From positions 12,288 through 76,287 of the forward strand of contig JAVCCR010000002.1 of the NCBI GenBank assembly GCA_030765485.1: a stretch of DNA of 64,000 nt, read 5' to 3'. A model generated the notes under the pieces. The model saw nothing but the letters and a program-made list of their open reading frames with translations, had not been told where the DNA came from and made no database searches. Of the stretch, positions 52,469 through 62,202 are shown in pieces; positions within the stretch are counted from its first letter, which is position 1, and each line of letters starts with the position of its first letter. The DNA is from Candidatus Gygaella obscura (GTDB lineage Bacteria; Omnitrophota; Gorgyraeia; Gygaellales; Gygaellaceae). Both the position numbers and the translations under genes were made by a program.

Positions 52469-53593
52469 TTAAAAACTTGATTCCAGGGTTTTATTTTCTA
52501 AATCTTCAACTTCTTTCTTTAATTCCTGAGGAAGCCCTAAAACATCAACATCCATAAATCCCCTCACGATTATCGACTGGGCCTGATTTTTAGTAAAACC
52601 CCTGGAACAAAGATATTCTATCTCTTCGTTGTTAATTTTTCCTATTGCTGCTTCATGAGACATATTTACATCTCTATAATCTGATTCCATCTCAGGCACT
52701 GCATGTATCGTTCCTCTTTGCGAAATAATAAGACCCCGACATTCAAGATGAGCCTTTACCTGCGGAGCTTCAGCCTTTAAATGACCTCTAGCAATAACCT
52801 TTCCTCCTAAACTTATTGCTCGAGAAACAACTTCTGCCTGTGTGTTTTTAGCCTTAAAAACCACGCGCGAACCAATATCATGCAATGAATCCGGATGCGA
52901 TAATATCAATGAATTAAAACTTGCTCTGGCATATGCACCTTTTAATACTGCTGTAGGATACATCTTAATATCTTTTACCGGTTTCAATGATATGTAGTTA
53001 GAAATAAACGTGGCATTTTCTTCAACCATAGCAACACTCATCGGCCTTACAGAGATATCTTCTTTCCATGAATGTATCATTGTAAAATTAAGATAAGCTC
53101 CCCGATTTACGAAAAATTCCGAAATGCCCAAATGATGCGCATCAGAAGCAGCCTTCGACGCAGAACATCCCGTAATCAAATAAACTCTGGCTCCCTCTTC
53201 TATAACTATTACATTGTGCACCCTTTGCTTAAAGGACTTCTTCTTTAAAAAAAGACATGCCTGTATAGGCAGATTTAAAACAGTTCCCTTTTTCACCCTA
53301 ATAAAATAACCGCCTTTTGTATCTTTGGGAAAATCTTTTTTCAAATCCTTAAACGCTCTAGTATAGTATTTTTTTGCATCCGGAATTTTCTTTAAAGCTG
53401 TTTCAATATCCATAATATCCAAGCCGTCATACAAGCTATGCATAAACTCTATTTTATTGTCAGACTGCAAAAAGCTTCCTGAGCGCCCCCTTTGGGTAAA
53501 ATCCATCCCTGAAGAAGCAATAGACTTCAAATCCTGCTTTTCTAAGTCCGGCTTAAGAACTTTTTCTGATAAGGCAGTCTTTACATTTTTCAT
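52469..53593 (-). CDS. sufB: SufB/SufD-family scaffold (SmsB-like)
   Basis: FTMIHSW, MYPT, HLECRGL, HAVPE, SHEAAIGKI, IVRGF. Confidence 0.85.
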   Translation of the reverse strand: MKNVKTALSEKVLKPDLEKQDLKSIASSGMDFTQRGRSGSFLQSDNKIEFMHSLYDGLDIMDIETALKKIPDAKKYYTRAFKDLKKDFPKDTKGGYFIRVKKGTVLNLPIQACLFLKKKSFKQRVHNVIVIEEGARVYLITGCSASKAASDAHHLGISEFFVNRGAYLNFTMIHSWKEDISVRPMSVAMVEENATFISNYISLKPVKDIKMYPTAVLKGAYARASFNSLILSHPDSLHDIGSRVVFKAKNTQAEVVSRAISLGGKVIARGHLKAEAPQVKAHLECRGLIISQRGTIHAVPEMESDYRDVNMSHEAAIGKINNEEIEYLCSRGFTKNQAQSIIVRGFMDVDVLGLPQELKKEVEDLENKTLESSF

Positions 53594-54275
53594 AACCTAT
53601 CTCTTTTATCCTTTCAAACATATGTTTGGGATTTCCCACGCACCAAAGCTTACCTTCAATCATAACAGCCCCCTTCTGGGCATTTATATAATCTAAAATA
53701 TAACCGGTGTGAGTTATCATAAGTGCAGACTTTTTCAAACTGGTGATATACTCACCTAACACTTTACCCATAATAGAAATATTCTCTATATCCACCCCTG
53801 ATTCTGGCTCATCAAGACAAAGAAAATTGGAATTCTGTAGTATTATCTGAAACAACTCAGACCTTTTCATTTCTCCTCCGGAAAAACCCTGATTCAGATC
53901 CCTGTCAAGATGTTGCGTAAGAGATAGTTTCTCAGCCAGGTTCTTTATCTTTGATTCATCTTGGGTTAAGAAACGAGCTATCTGATGCAGCTTGACCCCA
54001 GTTATACGTGCTGGATGCTGATAAATGATTCCCAAGCCCAGTTTAGCTCGCTCATCAATACTAAGGTTATTCACCTTTCTGCCTTCAAAAATAATCTCTC
54101 CTTTGGTTATCTTATAACCGCTAAACCCCATTATCGCCCTTAAAAGCGTGGTCTTACCACTTCCATTAGGACCAAACAGCACCATAACCTCATCTTTATC
54201 AATAGAAAGGTTAATATCTTTTATTATTGTCTTTGACTCTACCTCAACTGTAAGATTTCTAATTTCAAAAAACAT
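53553..54275 (-). CDS. sufC: SufC-family ABC ATPase (SmsC-like) with C-terminal Cys motif
   Basis: GPNGSGKT, GFSGGEMKRSE, LDEPESGVD, ITHTG, WC...CKDC. Confidence 0.88.
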   Translation of the reverse strand: MFFEIRNLTVEVESKTIIKDINLSIDKDEVMVLFGPNGSGKTTLLRAIMGFSGYKITKGEIIFEGRKVNNLSIDERAKLGLGIIYQHPARITGVKLHQIARFLTQDESKIKNLAEKLSLTQHLDRDLNQGFSGGEMKRSELFQIILQNSNFLCLDEPESGVDIENISIMGKVLGEYITSLKKSALMITHTGYILDYINAQKGAVMIEGKLWCVGNPKHMFERIKEIGYEKCKDCLIRKSS

Positions 54276-54287
54276 TTTATTTTTTAA

Positions 54288-54509
54288 TTAAACAGCGATT
54301 ACCTCTTTTACTCCAGGCACTTCTTTCTTAAGTGTCTGCTCAATACCCATCTTTAAAGTCATCTGACTCATAGGACAACTTCCACAGGCACCGGTTAATC
54401 TTACCTTAACTACCCCCTCACTAGTTATCTCAACCAATTCAACGCTTCCCCCGTCTGCCTGAAGCATTGGCTTAATACTGTTTAAAACAGCTTCAACTTT
54501 TTCTTTCAT
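54288..54509 (-). CDS. NifU/Nfu C-terminal domain Fe-S carrier
   Basis: [20 protein letters not shown]. Confidence 0.93.
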   Translation of the reverse strand: MKEKVEAVLNSIKPMLQADGGSVELVEITSEGVVKVRLTGACGSCPMSQMTLKMGIEQTLKKEVPGVKEVIAV

Positions 54510-54928
54510 TTCTTTCTCCCTTTTTTCTTATCCTTTAAAAATGAACCTATAGTAACAGTTTCTAATTCCCTTATGACTATTTTTTCAATATGATCAATTT
54601 TCATCTTTAAAGCACAAGTACTTTGGTTTGAACAAAGTTTCTTTCTAAAAAAACATTCGCTTATTTTTAGTCTCCCCTGGAAAATATTGGCTATATCAAT
54701 CAATAATATCTTTTTAGGATCAACTTCTAAACAAAACCCGCCTTCCTTGCCTTTAAAAGATTTAAATATTTTTTTCTTACTTAAAATCTGTAATATTTTC
54801 CTTAAAAAAGCTCTGGGTATATTTGTTCCTTTAAAAAACTTCTCTACAGAAATAATATCCTCTTTGCTTTTTGCTGCAAAAAGAATCGCACCTACTGCAT
54901 AGGCTGTATGTCTTGTGATGAGTTTCAT
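54506..54928 (-). CDS. Rrf2 family transcriptional regulator with 3 Cys
   Basis: [17 protein letters not shown]-x6-C-x5-C. Confidence 0.9.
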   Translation of the reverse strand: MKLITRHTAYAVGAILFAAKSKEDIISVEKFFKGTNIPRAFLRKILQILSKKKIFKSFKGKEGGFCLEVDPKKILLIDIANIFQGRLKISECFFRKKLCSNQSTCALKMKIDHIEKIVIRELETVTIGSFLKDKKKGRKK

Positions 54929-54968
54929 TTTCAATAAATCCCTTAATAAATTATTGGGTAGTTTAATG

Positions 54969-55046
54969 TCATGCCCAGGACCAAATATTACAGCCTTCTT
55001 TGCAGTGTGACACAGGCCGTAGCATATATCTAACTGTTATATCCAT
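54969..55046 (-). CDS. Candidate 25-aa leader peptide MDITVRYMLRPVSHCKEGCNIWSWA
   Basis: GGGAGG 8 nt upstream of ATG; stop 40 nt before rrf2 start. Confidence 0.35.
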   Translation of the reverse strand: MDITVRYMLRPVSHCKEGCNIWSWA

Positions 55047-55065
55047 GTCTTAGCCCTCCCAGAAA

Positions 55066-55093
55066 AGGATACCATATTAGTATCATTTGTCAA
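55066..55093 (-). promoter_or_regulatory. Promoter of Rrf2/Fe-S operon with palindromic operator candidate
   Basis: TTGACA-16nt-TATCCT with extended TG; GATAC-N7-GTATC palindrome at 55068-55084. Confidence 0.6.
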
Positions 55094-55111
55094 GATATCT
55101 TTATAATTTTC

Positions 55112-56380
55112 CTATCTCCACACAAACCAGACAAATACAGAAGCAGCCAATGTTGCAGCAATAGTAAAAGGTAATCCTATAGAAACAAACTTCTTAAAAC
55201 TAACGCTATATCCCTCTTTTTTCAATATGCCGCAGGCAACTATATTAGCAGATGCTCCGATAGGAGTAATATTACCACCAAGGCTCGCGCCAATAAGAAG
55301 AGCGAATAAAAATAAGGTCGGATTCATATTTAACTTATCGGAAATTCCTATAGCCACTGGCAACATAGCAGCCAGAAAAGGAACATTATCAATAAAAGCT
55401 GAAAAAATAACGGAAAAAACTATCAATAGCACAAACCCCAGTAATATATTTGTACCGATTATCCCAGAAATCTTTAAAGATATAATATCAATCCAACCGT
55501 TGATCCCAAGGCTTCCTACAAGGATAAAAATTGCTAATAAAAACAAAAGGGTATTCCAGTCTAATCCTTTGATATTTTCTAAAATACCTTTTTTTAAGAA
55601 AAACTTTTTGTACGCTAAACTAACTAAAGCAAAAACCATACACAAAGCGCCCGCCATATAGGAAAACTCTAAGTCAATAAAAGAGGTTAAAGCTAGTAGT
55701 ATAATCAATATAACCAAAATCCCTGTTGGTACCCAGGAATTAACCTTTTCTAAAGGTAAAGAAGAAAATTTTTGCTGGTGAGATTTAAAAACAAAATATA
55801 AAACAACAAAAGAAACCAAAGCACCCAACTCCACTGCAAAGAAAATGCTTGGCTTCCCCTGATAAAAAAAGAAATGAGCAAAATTCATTTTGGCAAATCC
55901 ACCTAAAAGCATACTTGGTGGATCCCCTACTAATGTCGCAGCACCTTGCAGATTGCTTGATATAGCAATTGCAATCATCATCTTAATTGGATTAAAATTA
56001 AGCTTTTTGGCCATAGCTAAAGCTATGGGAGCAATAATCATAACCGTTGCCACATTCTCCAAAAATGCTGACAGAATACCTGTTAAAGCACAAATAAATA
56101 AAATCGCATAACTAATATTTTTAGAGCGATTTACGATTATTTCTGCAAGATATGCGGGAACTCTACTTTCCATAAATATATCAGCAATAAAAAGCATTCC
56201 CACAAAAATACCCAAAACATTCCAATTTACAGAGAAAAAAGCATCTTTTAAAGAAAGACATCCCGTAAACAACAGTATCAAAACTGCAAGCACTGATACA
56301 AAAGTCCTTTTTTTAATAAATAACACTACAAAAAAGTAAGCAGTTACAAAAATAATAATATTTAATAATTTTATATCCAT
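55112..56380 (-). CDS. ArsB/NhaD/SLC13-like anion or cation permease
   Basis: SAFLENVAT, SNLQGAATLVGDPP, SAFIDNVP, GGNITPIGASAN. Confidence 0.87.
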   Translation of the reverse strand: MDIKLLNIIIFVTAYFFVVLFIKKRTFVSVLAVLILLFTGCLSLKDAFFSVNWNVLGIFVGMLFIADIFMESRVPAYLAEIIVNRSKNISYAILFICALTGILSAFLENVATVMIIAPIALAMAKKLNFNPIKMMIAIAISSNLQGAATLVGDPPSMLLGGFAKMNFAHFFFYQGKPSIFFAVELGALVSFVVLYFVFKSHQQKFSSLPLEKVNSWVPTGILVILIILLALTSFIDLEFSYMAGALCMVFALVSLAYKKFFLKKGILENIKGLDWNTLLFLLAIFILVGSLGINGWIDIISLKISGIIGTNILLGFVLLIVFSVIFSAFIDNVPFLAAMLPVAIGISDKLNMNPTLFLFALLIGASLGGNITPIGASANIVACGILKKEGYSVSFKKFVSIGLPFTIAATLAASVFVWFVWR

Positions 56381-56403
56381 TTTATAAAAGTTGTTCCATA
56401 ACC

Positions 56404-57393
56404 CTAATTAAGATTTTTTTTACAAATAGCCTTTAAAACAGTAACTAAACTTAATAAAACAGAAAAAAACAATGAAACTATAAAAATACGGTTAAATCCC
56501 TTAATAAGCATAGTAGCACTTATACACCAAAATAAAGTTATAGAATAAATTAATAAAAGCACCGTTTTCTTACTGTATCCTTTAGATAAAAGATGCAGGA
56601 ATATATGATCAGGGCTCTTTTTTAACGGATGAATTCTATTTTTTATTCTTGCAAAAACAAGATATGTTGTATCCATAATAGGTACTGCTAAAGCTAAAAT
56701 AGGTATAAACAAAGACACCTTATTATCTAAAGAAGCATAATCCTGTTGAATGCATAAAACTGCAATGACAAACCCCAGAAAGTGACTTCCTGAATTGCCC
56801 ATAAAAATCTTTGCTGACGGAAAATTAAAAAACAAAAAAACTATTAATGAAGGTAAGAGACTCAATAATAAGAATATTGATAGGTAGTCTGATTTTAATA
56901 ACGCTATAATTAATAAAGAAATGCAAATTATAAAACTAACTCCTCCACACAGACCGTCTTCTATGTCTAGAAGATTAAATGCATTGATTATACCGACTAT
57001 CCATATGAATGAAATAGCATAATTTAACCAGGCAGGCAGAAAATAGATTTGAACTTTTTTTGCAAACAAAAGAAATAAAGAAACTATACATACCTGCACA
57101 AATATCCTTGCCCTGAGAGAAAGATCTTTAAAATCATCAATTGTTTCAATAAAAACAATTAAAAAAGCAAAAGATAAAAACCATAAAACCTGAAATGATA
57201 CCAGAAAATTAACCAAAAATAATATAACTATAAAAGATATAAAAAACGACAAAAATATCGCTAAACCTCCAGTAAATGGAATTTTTCTTGCTTTACCAAA
57301 TAAAGCAAATTTATTACCAAATTTTTTAGCGAGATTTAATAAGATTACGCTTAAAATAAGATTAAATAAAATTAAAAATACTAATTTCATCAT
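56404..57393 (-). CDS. MraY/WecA/TagO family polyprenyl-phosphate sugar-1-phosphate transferase
   Basis: GGLAI, IDD, NAFNLLDIEDGL, FNFPSAKIFMGNSGS, DHI. Confidence 0.88.
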   Translation of the reverse strand: MMKLVFLILFNLILSVILLNLAKKFGNKFALFGKARKIPFTGGLAIFLSFFISFIVILFLVNFLVSFQVLWFLSFAFLIVFIETIDDFKDLSLRARIFVQVCIVSLFLLFAKKVQIYFLPAWLNYAISFIWIVGIINAFNLLDIEDGLCGGVSFIICISLLIIALLKSDYLSIFLLLSLLPSLIVFLFFNFPSAKIFMGNSGSHFLGFVIAVLCIQQDYASLDNKVSLFIPILALAVPIMDTTYLVFARIKNRIHPLKKSPDHIFLHLLSKGYSKKTVLLLIYSITLFWCISATMLIKGFNRIFIVSLFFSVLLSLVTVLKAICKKNLN

Positions 57394-57422
57394 AATTTAT
57401 TCTAACACAAGAAGTTATTTAT

Positions 57423-58547
57423 TCAATAAAGAAGACTATAAAAAGCATGTAACTGATTAATCATTCTTTCACGGCTCCAAACCGAAATATCTGTCCCTAA
57501 TCTATACTCTATAACATCTCTCTGCCAATTAGAGTAATGATTCAATATATTCAAACATGCCTCTTTTATGCTTATTGTATCCTTTATGCCTACTATCCTT
57601 CCATTCTTACCATCTTTTATTAATTCTCTGACTGCTCCCGTATCAGTGGTAACAACCGGTAATCCTACAGCTACTGCTTCAATCAAAGAAACGGGTAATC
57701 CTTCCCATAACGAAGTAAGTAATAGCAATGATGCATCTTTATAATATGGCTCGATCTCTTTTTGCCAACCTACCAATTGAATGTTATTATCTAAACCATC
57801 TTTCTTAATATTTTTTTTAATCGCCCTAAACATTGGTCCATTTCCGATAACAATAAATCTAACATCTGAAATTTTACTTATAATTAACCTTGCTACATTT
57901 AAAAAATCTTTCAGCCCCTTTTGTTTTTTAAAGGAAGATACAACTATAATTTTTTTGTTGTCTATAAAGCTCTCTCTTCTAAAGGTTAACGTGGGAGAAA
58001 ATTTATCAATATCAATACCATAATAAATCAATTCCAGCTTATTGATCTTTGTTATACGGCTATCAATAGCGAATTTAAAATCGGCTTTCGATACAACAAC
58101 TATTTTATTTGTAATCTTGGCACTTATAAATTCAATAAACCAATATAACCAATATGAAAAAAAATTCATCAATTTATGAAACGGCCAACCGTGAACTGTA
58201 TAAATAATATTTTTTACTCCTGCAAAATATGCAGCCCAACGACCTAAAACTGATGCCTTAGGAGAATGAACATGAACAATATCAAAACTATGATTTTTCG
58301 TATATCTATATATGTGGACAAAAGCAAGTATATCAAAGAATAAATTTATTTCCCTTCGCAAATAAGGACTTAGCTTTAATGAAATTCCTTTTACTTTTTT
58401 GAACTCCTCAACAAGATAACCTTCAGATCCGGATATCAGATGTATATCGTATAAATCTTTGTTTAAATACTGCAGAATGGATAAAAGTTGCTTCTGCGCT
58501 CCCCCAAGCTCTAGATAAGTAATAATAAACAGGATTTTTTTCTTCAA
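57423..58547 (-). CDS. Glycosyltransferase family 4
   Basis: GGAQ, HVHSPKA, YTVHG, KQKG, SLWEGLPVSLIEA. Confidence 0.92.
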   Translation of the reverse strand: MKKKILFIITYLELGGAQKQLLSILQYLNKDLYDIHLISGSEGYLVEEFKKVKGISLKLSPYLRREINLFFDILAFVHIYRYTKNHSFDIVHVHSPKASVLGRWAAYFAGVKNIIYTVHGWPFHKLMNFFSYWLYWFIEFISAKITNKIVVVSKADFKFAIDSRITKINKLELIYYGIDIDKFSPTLTFRRESFIDNKKIIVVSSFKKQKGLKDFLNVARLIISKISDVRFIVIGNGPMFRAIKKNIKKDGLDNNIQLVGWQKEIEPYYKDASLLLLTSLWEGLPVSLIEAVAVGLPVVTTDTGAVRELIKDGKNGRIVGIKDTISIKEACLNILNHYSNWQRDVIEYRLGTDISVWSRERMINQLHAFYSLLY

Positions 58548-58559
58548 AACTTTATTTTC

Positions 58560-59402
58560 TTAAAACGGCAATTCCGGTTGAAAAACTGTTCTATCTGCCG
58601 AGCCTTTGATCAGCTCTGCTTTTAAAGGAATTTTATAGAATGTGGTATTCCCTCTTTTAAATAATGGAAAACCTAAATCATTAGGTTTTAAAATATCATA
58701 ATACCCAAGGCAATCTTTTTTACAAACTCCTATTCTGAATTTTCTTTGGTTTGGGGTATCCATAGGACAAAATCTACCTGTAGAAATATTAACAAACGGA
58801 TAATATAAAGTTTTTTTCAAAGAAATAGAATTCAAATTCACCCCTTGAACCAAATTATTTAATTCTACCCTATCTATTTTAAGCTTCTTTGCCAACCGAA
58901 AAAAATACTCAGTACCAACATATGAAGATTGCATGGCTTTTAAAAATTTTTTGTTTACTTCATGAAAAATAACAACAATCCTTCCATCACTTTTTTTTAT
59001 TGGCAGAATTTTCTGCTTATTAATAAAAAGTTGCATAAATGGGTCTCTTTGCTGCCTTGTTAATAGCCTGCCCAAAGATAAAGTAAACTTACCGGAAAAT
59101 TCTCTATTCAACAAATAAATACTCCCCCAATCATTGACAACTACCTCATATCTTTTTCTTTGTTTTCTTAATAATAAAATGGTGTTACGTAATTTATCTA
59201 TATTTTTTCCTGTAAAAAATGGTGTGATTAAAGTAAACTCTATCCTATTACAACAACAAAAATTAATAATCTTTTTAGTATCTGATAATGATGGAAATAA
59301 ATTTTGACAGAACTCAACCCCCCAATAAATCCTTGAGAACTTATTACGTTTAAAATATTTAAGCTGACTGTAGCTGTTAATCAAAATTGCTTTTTCTGTC
59401 AT
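58560..59402 (-). CDS. U32-like protein, UbiV-type partner subunit
   Basis: RIYWGVEFC, EVVVNDWG, LGRLL, RVELNN, STGRFC, CKKDC, RGNT. Confidence 0.65.
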   Translation of the reverse strand: MTEKAILINSYSQLKYFKRNKFSRIYWGVEFCQNLFPSLSDTKKIINFCCCNRIEFTLITPFFTGKNIDKLRNTILLLRKQRKRYEVVVNDWGSIYLLNREFSGKFTLSLGRLLTRQQRDPFMQLFINKQKILPIKKSDGRIVVIFHEVNKKFLKAMQSSYVGTEYFFRLAKKLKIDRVELNNLVQGVNLNSISLKKTLYYPFVNISTGRFCPMDTPNQRKFRIGVCKKDCLGYYDILKPNDLGFPLFKRGNTTFYKIPLKAELIKGSADRTVFQPELPF

Positions 59403-60427
59403 TTCTTCTTTTTAATTAAAGCGCTTGGATAATAGCAATAATCATAAGGTTTGCATCTAAATTTAAACATTCGCTTAAATAATTCTTTGCATCTCTCTAT
59501 ATATTCCTCTTTAGAAAGGCCATTATTTTTTAAGAAAGATAGAGACTCCTTAATAAATCGAGTTGATATAACCTTTTCTTCCATTGGAAGGTTTCTGTCT
59601 AAAATTTTTACATGCGTTACTCCAATATTGTTAAAATCAAACAGCGCACACGCACCACAGCCATAAATTCTTTTTTTATTCCAAAAACTGTACTTACTCT
59701 TTTGCTCTATTTTATTTTTAGTAACTCTCACTTTATTCATTAAAGACCTGCATCCACCTCTTTCTTTATTGGGTAATTTCTGCGATGAAAAAAACATTAC
59801 TTTATTACTTTTGTTTTTAAGGTTAAGCAAATGATTGTCATTTGCGGTTTCTTTACAAAAAGCACAAAACCCATCCACAAAAAAACAAAGATCATTTATT
59901 ATAAATACTTCGTATTCTATATTTTTATCATAACTAATTATTTGTTCTATCTCTTTTATGGTGGTTGCTCTTGGTATTACAACTCTCGTTGCTCCAAATC
60001 CTTTAAAAAAACTACAAGAGTAATGATTAAATACGGTTGCATCTGTACCAACTATAACATCTTTATCTTTAAGAAGTTTTCTGCTTAAAGAAATCAATAC
60101 AGGATCAGCAAAAATTATCCCGTCTGCACCTAAATCTAATATAACCCTAATGATTTCATTTGCTAATTTATACTGCCCTTCCAAATAAAAAAACCCGTTC
60201 ATAGCCACATGCACCTTAGATTTTAATTTATGTGCATCCTTAATAGCTAACTCAAGCTCCTTAAAACTTTGAAAATTACCTGATTGACCACGCTGATTAA
60301 TAGCTAGTGATTTAAAACTCTTTCGCCAAACAGAAGGCTGCACGCCACAAAAAAACTCGTTTGCTCCCGATTCCACTAAAATCTCTACTTCTTCTTTTCT
60401 CGTCAAAGGAGATTTAATTTTTATCAT
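59399..60427 (-). CDS. U32 family Fe-S protein, UbiU/TrhP-type
   Basis: GANEFFCG, GADGIIFAD, GATRVVIPR, EYEVF..DLCFFVDGFC, GCGAC, GVTHVKILDR. Confidence 0.85.
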   Translation of the reverse strand: MIKIKSPLTRKEEVEILVESGANEFFCGVQPSVWRKSFKSLAINQRGQSGNFQSFKELELAIKDAHKLKSKVHVAMNGFFYLEGQYKLANEIIRVILDLGADGIIFADPVLISLSRKLLKDKDVIVGTDATVFNHYSCSFFKGFGATRVVIPRATTIKEIEQIISYDKNIEYEVFIINDLCFFVDGFCAFCKETANDNHLLNLKNKSNKVMFFSSQKLPNKERGGCRSLMNKVRVTKNKIEQKSKYSFWNKKRIYGCGACALFDFNNIGVTHVKILDRNLPMEEKVISTRFIKESLSFLKNNGLSKEEYIERCKELFKRMFKFRCKPYDYCYYPSALIKKKK

Positions 60428-60447
60428 TATCTTATTAAAATTATTAG

Positions 60448-62202
60448 TTAAGCTGGTTTGTTAAAAAGCTGGGCATACTCAGGATTATTATCCAAAAACC
60501 AGCTATGCGTACCATTAAAGATATTGCCATTATCAGATAAAAAGTATACTGAATCCATTTTTTCTACAGTATTTATTCTATGTGAAACAATTATTATAGT
60601 AGAATTAGGAAAATCATGCTTAAGGTTATCGATTATTTTACTTTCCGTATCTGTATCAATTGAGGACATTGCTTCATCAAGAATTATTATTTTTGGTTGC
60701 TTGATTATTGCCCTAGCTATAGCTATCCTCTGCTTTTGTCCCTGTGAAAGCTTACAGGCATTATCCCCAATATTAGTTTCATACCCATCAGGTAAAGAAA
60801 CAATAAATTCATCAACTTCTGCAAGACGAGCAGACAATTTAACCTCTTCTTTTGAAGCATGCGGTTTAGCAAACCTTATATTATTAATAATTGTATCATT
60901 AAACAAAAATGGCTCCTGAAGAGCAATGCCAATATGCTCTCTTAAACATTTAAAATTTAATCTTTTTATATCATAATCGGATACTGAAATACAGCCTGTC
61001 TTTATTTGGAATAATCTCAAAATCAATAATAAAATAGTTGTTTTTCCGCGTCCGGAATATCCAACCAAAGCAATCTTAACACAATCATCAATTACAAAAG
61101 ATAAATCTTTTAAAATCAATTTATCATTATTGTAAGCAAAAGTTACATTATTAAACTCAATTCTGCCGTTTTTTAATAAAACTGATAGCGTACCATAATC
61201 ATCATTAGCTCGATTGTCCTCTTGCAGAATCTTATCAAGCCTTTCACATGAAACTGAGGCAAAAACTGAACTTTGGTAGAGCCCAACGAATGAATAATTC
61301 ATATTAATAAGCTGATTTAAATATATCAATATAGCAGTAAGGCTCCCTAGGGTCATATCGGCATTAAAAACCCTAACTCCTCCATAAAGAATTATAAGAC
61401 CTATTGCAGCACGACTTAATAAAGCAGAAAGAAAATCACAAATAGCCTCTAATCTAAAGGTTGACTTTTTGAGCCGGCAGAATTTAATTAGCTTTCGGAT
61501 TAGAGCATGGCTTTCTTCAAGTTCTTTTGCAAAAGCCTTAATAAGATAAATATTGGAAAAAATAGCGTACATCTTACTTATAATCTGTTCTTGAATTTCA
61601 ATTGTTTTATGCAAGATCTTCCTTAAAATCAATGTAAGAAAATAAGATGGTATGCATGTTAAGGGAATTAGAATAACTGCTAATAACGATAATTTCCAAT
61701 CTAAATAAAAAACAACACATAAAATTAAAATCAATTTTACTACCGATCTTATCATCTGTTGAATAGAATTTATTATGAATCCAGATACGGTCTCAATGTC
61801 ATAAGAAAGCTTATAAATATTTTCTCCTATCGATGAATCCTGGAAGAAAACAAGTTCTAATCTTGTAATTATCTTAATAAACTTTTGCTTTATATCAAAA
61901 TTAACCTTCAACGCAATATTCTTGTTTATAATTGATTCTACGGCTGTTAAAAGAAGTTTAACAAGCAAAATTATTCCAATACCAACAGCCAATATTAACA
62001 ATAAATTAAGATTTCTCTGAGGATATGCCTGATCAATTATCAACTTAGATAAATATGGATTTACAAGACCAAGCAACACAACAATTAAACCTATAAATAT
62101 AGCTAAGCCTTTTATCTTCCAATAAGGCAACATAAATCTTAAAAACTTTTTTAATTTCCCAATGTTTATCAATTTATAATTTATATCTTTGTGATCTAGC
62201 AT
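60448..62202 (-). CDS. ABC exporter, fused permease/ATPase (no C39 domain)
   Basis: Six-TM ABC membrane domain, GYSGRGKT, LSQGQKQR, ILDEA. Confidence 0.92.
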   Translation of the reverse strand: MLDHKDINYKLINIGKLKKFLRFMLPYWKIKGLAIFIGLIVVLLGLVNPYLSKLIIDQAYPQRNLNLLLILAVGIGIILLVKLLLTAVESIINKNIALKVNFDIKQKFIKIITRLELVFFQDSSIGENIYKLSYDIETVSGFIINSIQQMIRSVVKLILILCVVFYLDWKLSLLAVILIPLTCIPSYFLTLILRKILHKTIEIQEQIISKMYAIFSNIYLIKAFAKELEESHALIRKLIKFCRLKKSTFRLEAICDFLSALLSRAAIGLIILYGGVRVFNADMTLGSLTAILIYLNQLINMNYSFVGLYQSSVFASVSCERLDKILQEDNRANDDYGTLSVLLKNGRIEFNNVTFAYNNDKLILKDLSFVIDDCVKIALVGYSGRGKTTILLLILRLFQIKTGCISVSDYDIKRLNFKCLREHIGIALQEPFLFNDTIINNIRFAKPHASKEEVKLSARLAEVDEFIVSLPDGYETNIGDNACKLSQGQKQRIAIARAIIKQPKIIILDEAMSSIDTDTESKIIDNLKHDFPNSTIIIVSHRINTVEKMDSVYFLSDNGNIFNGTHSWFLDNNPEYAQLFNKPA

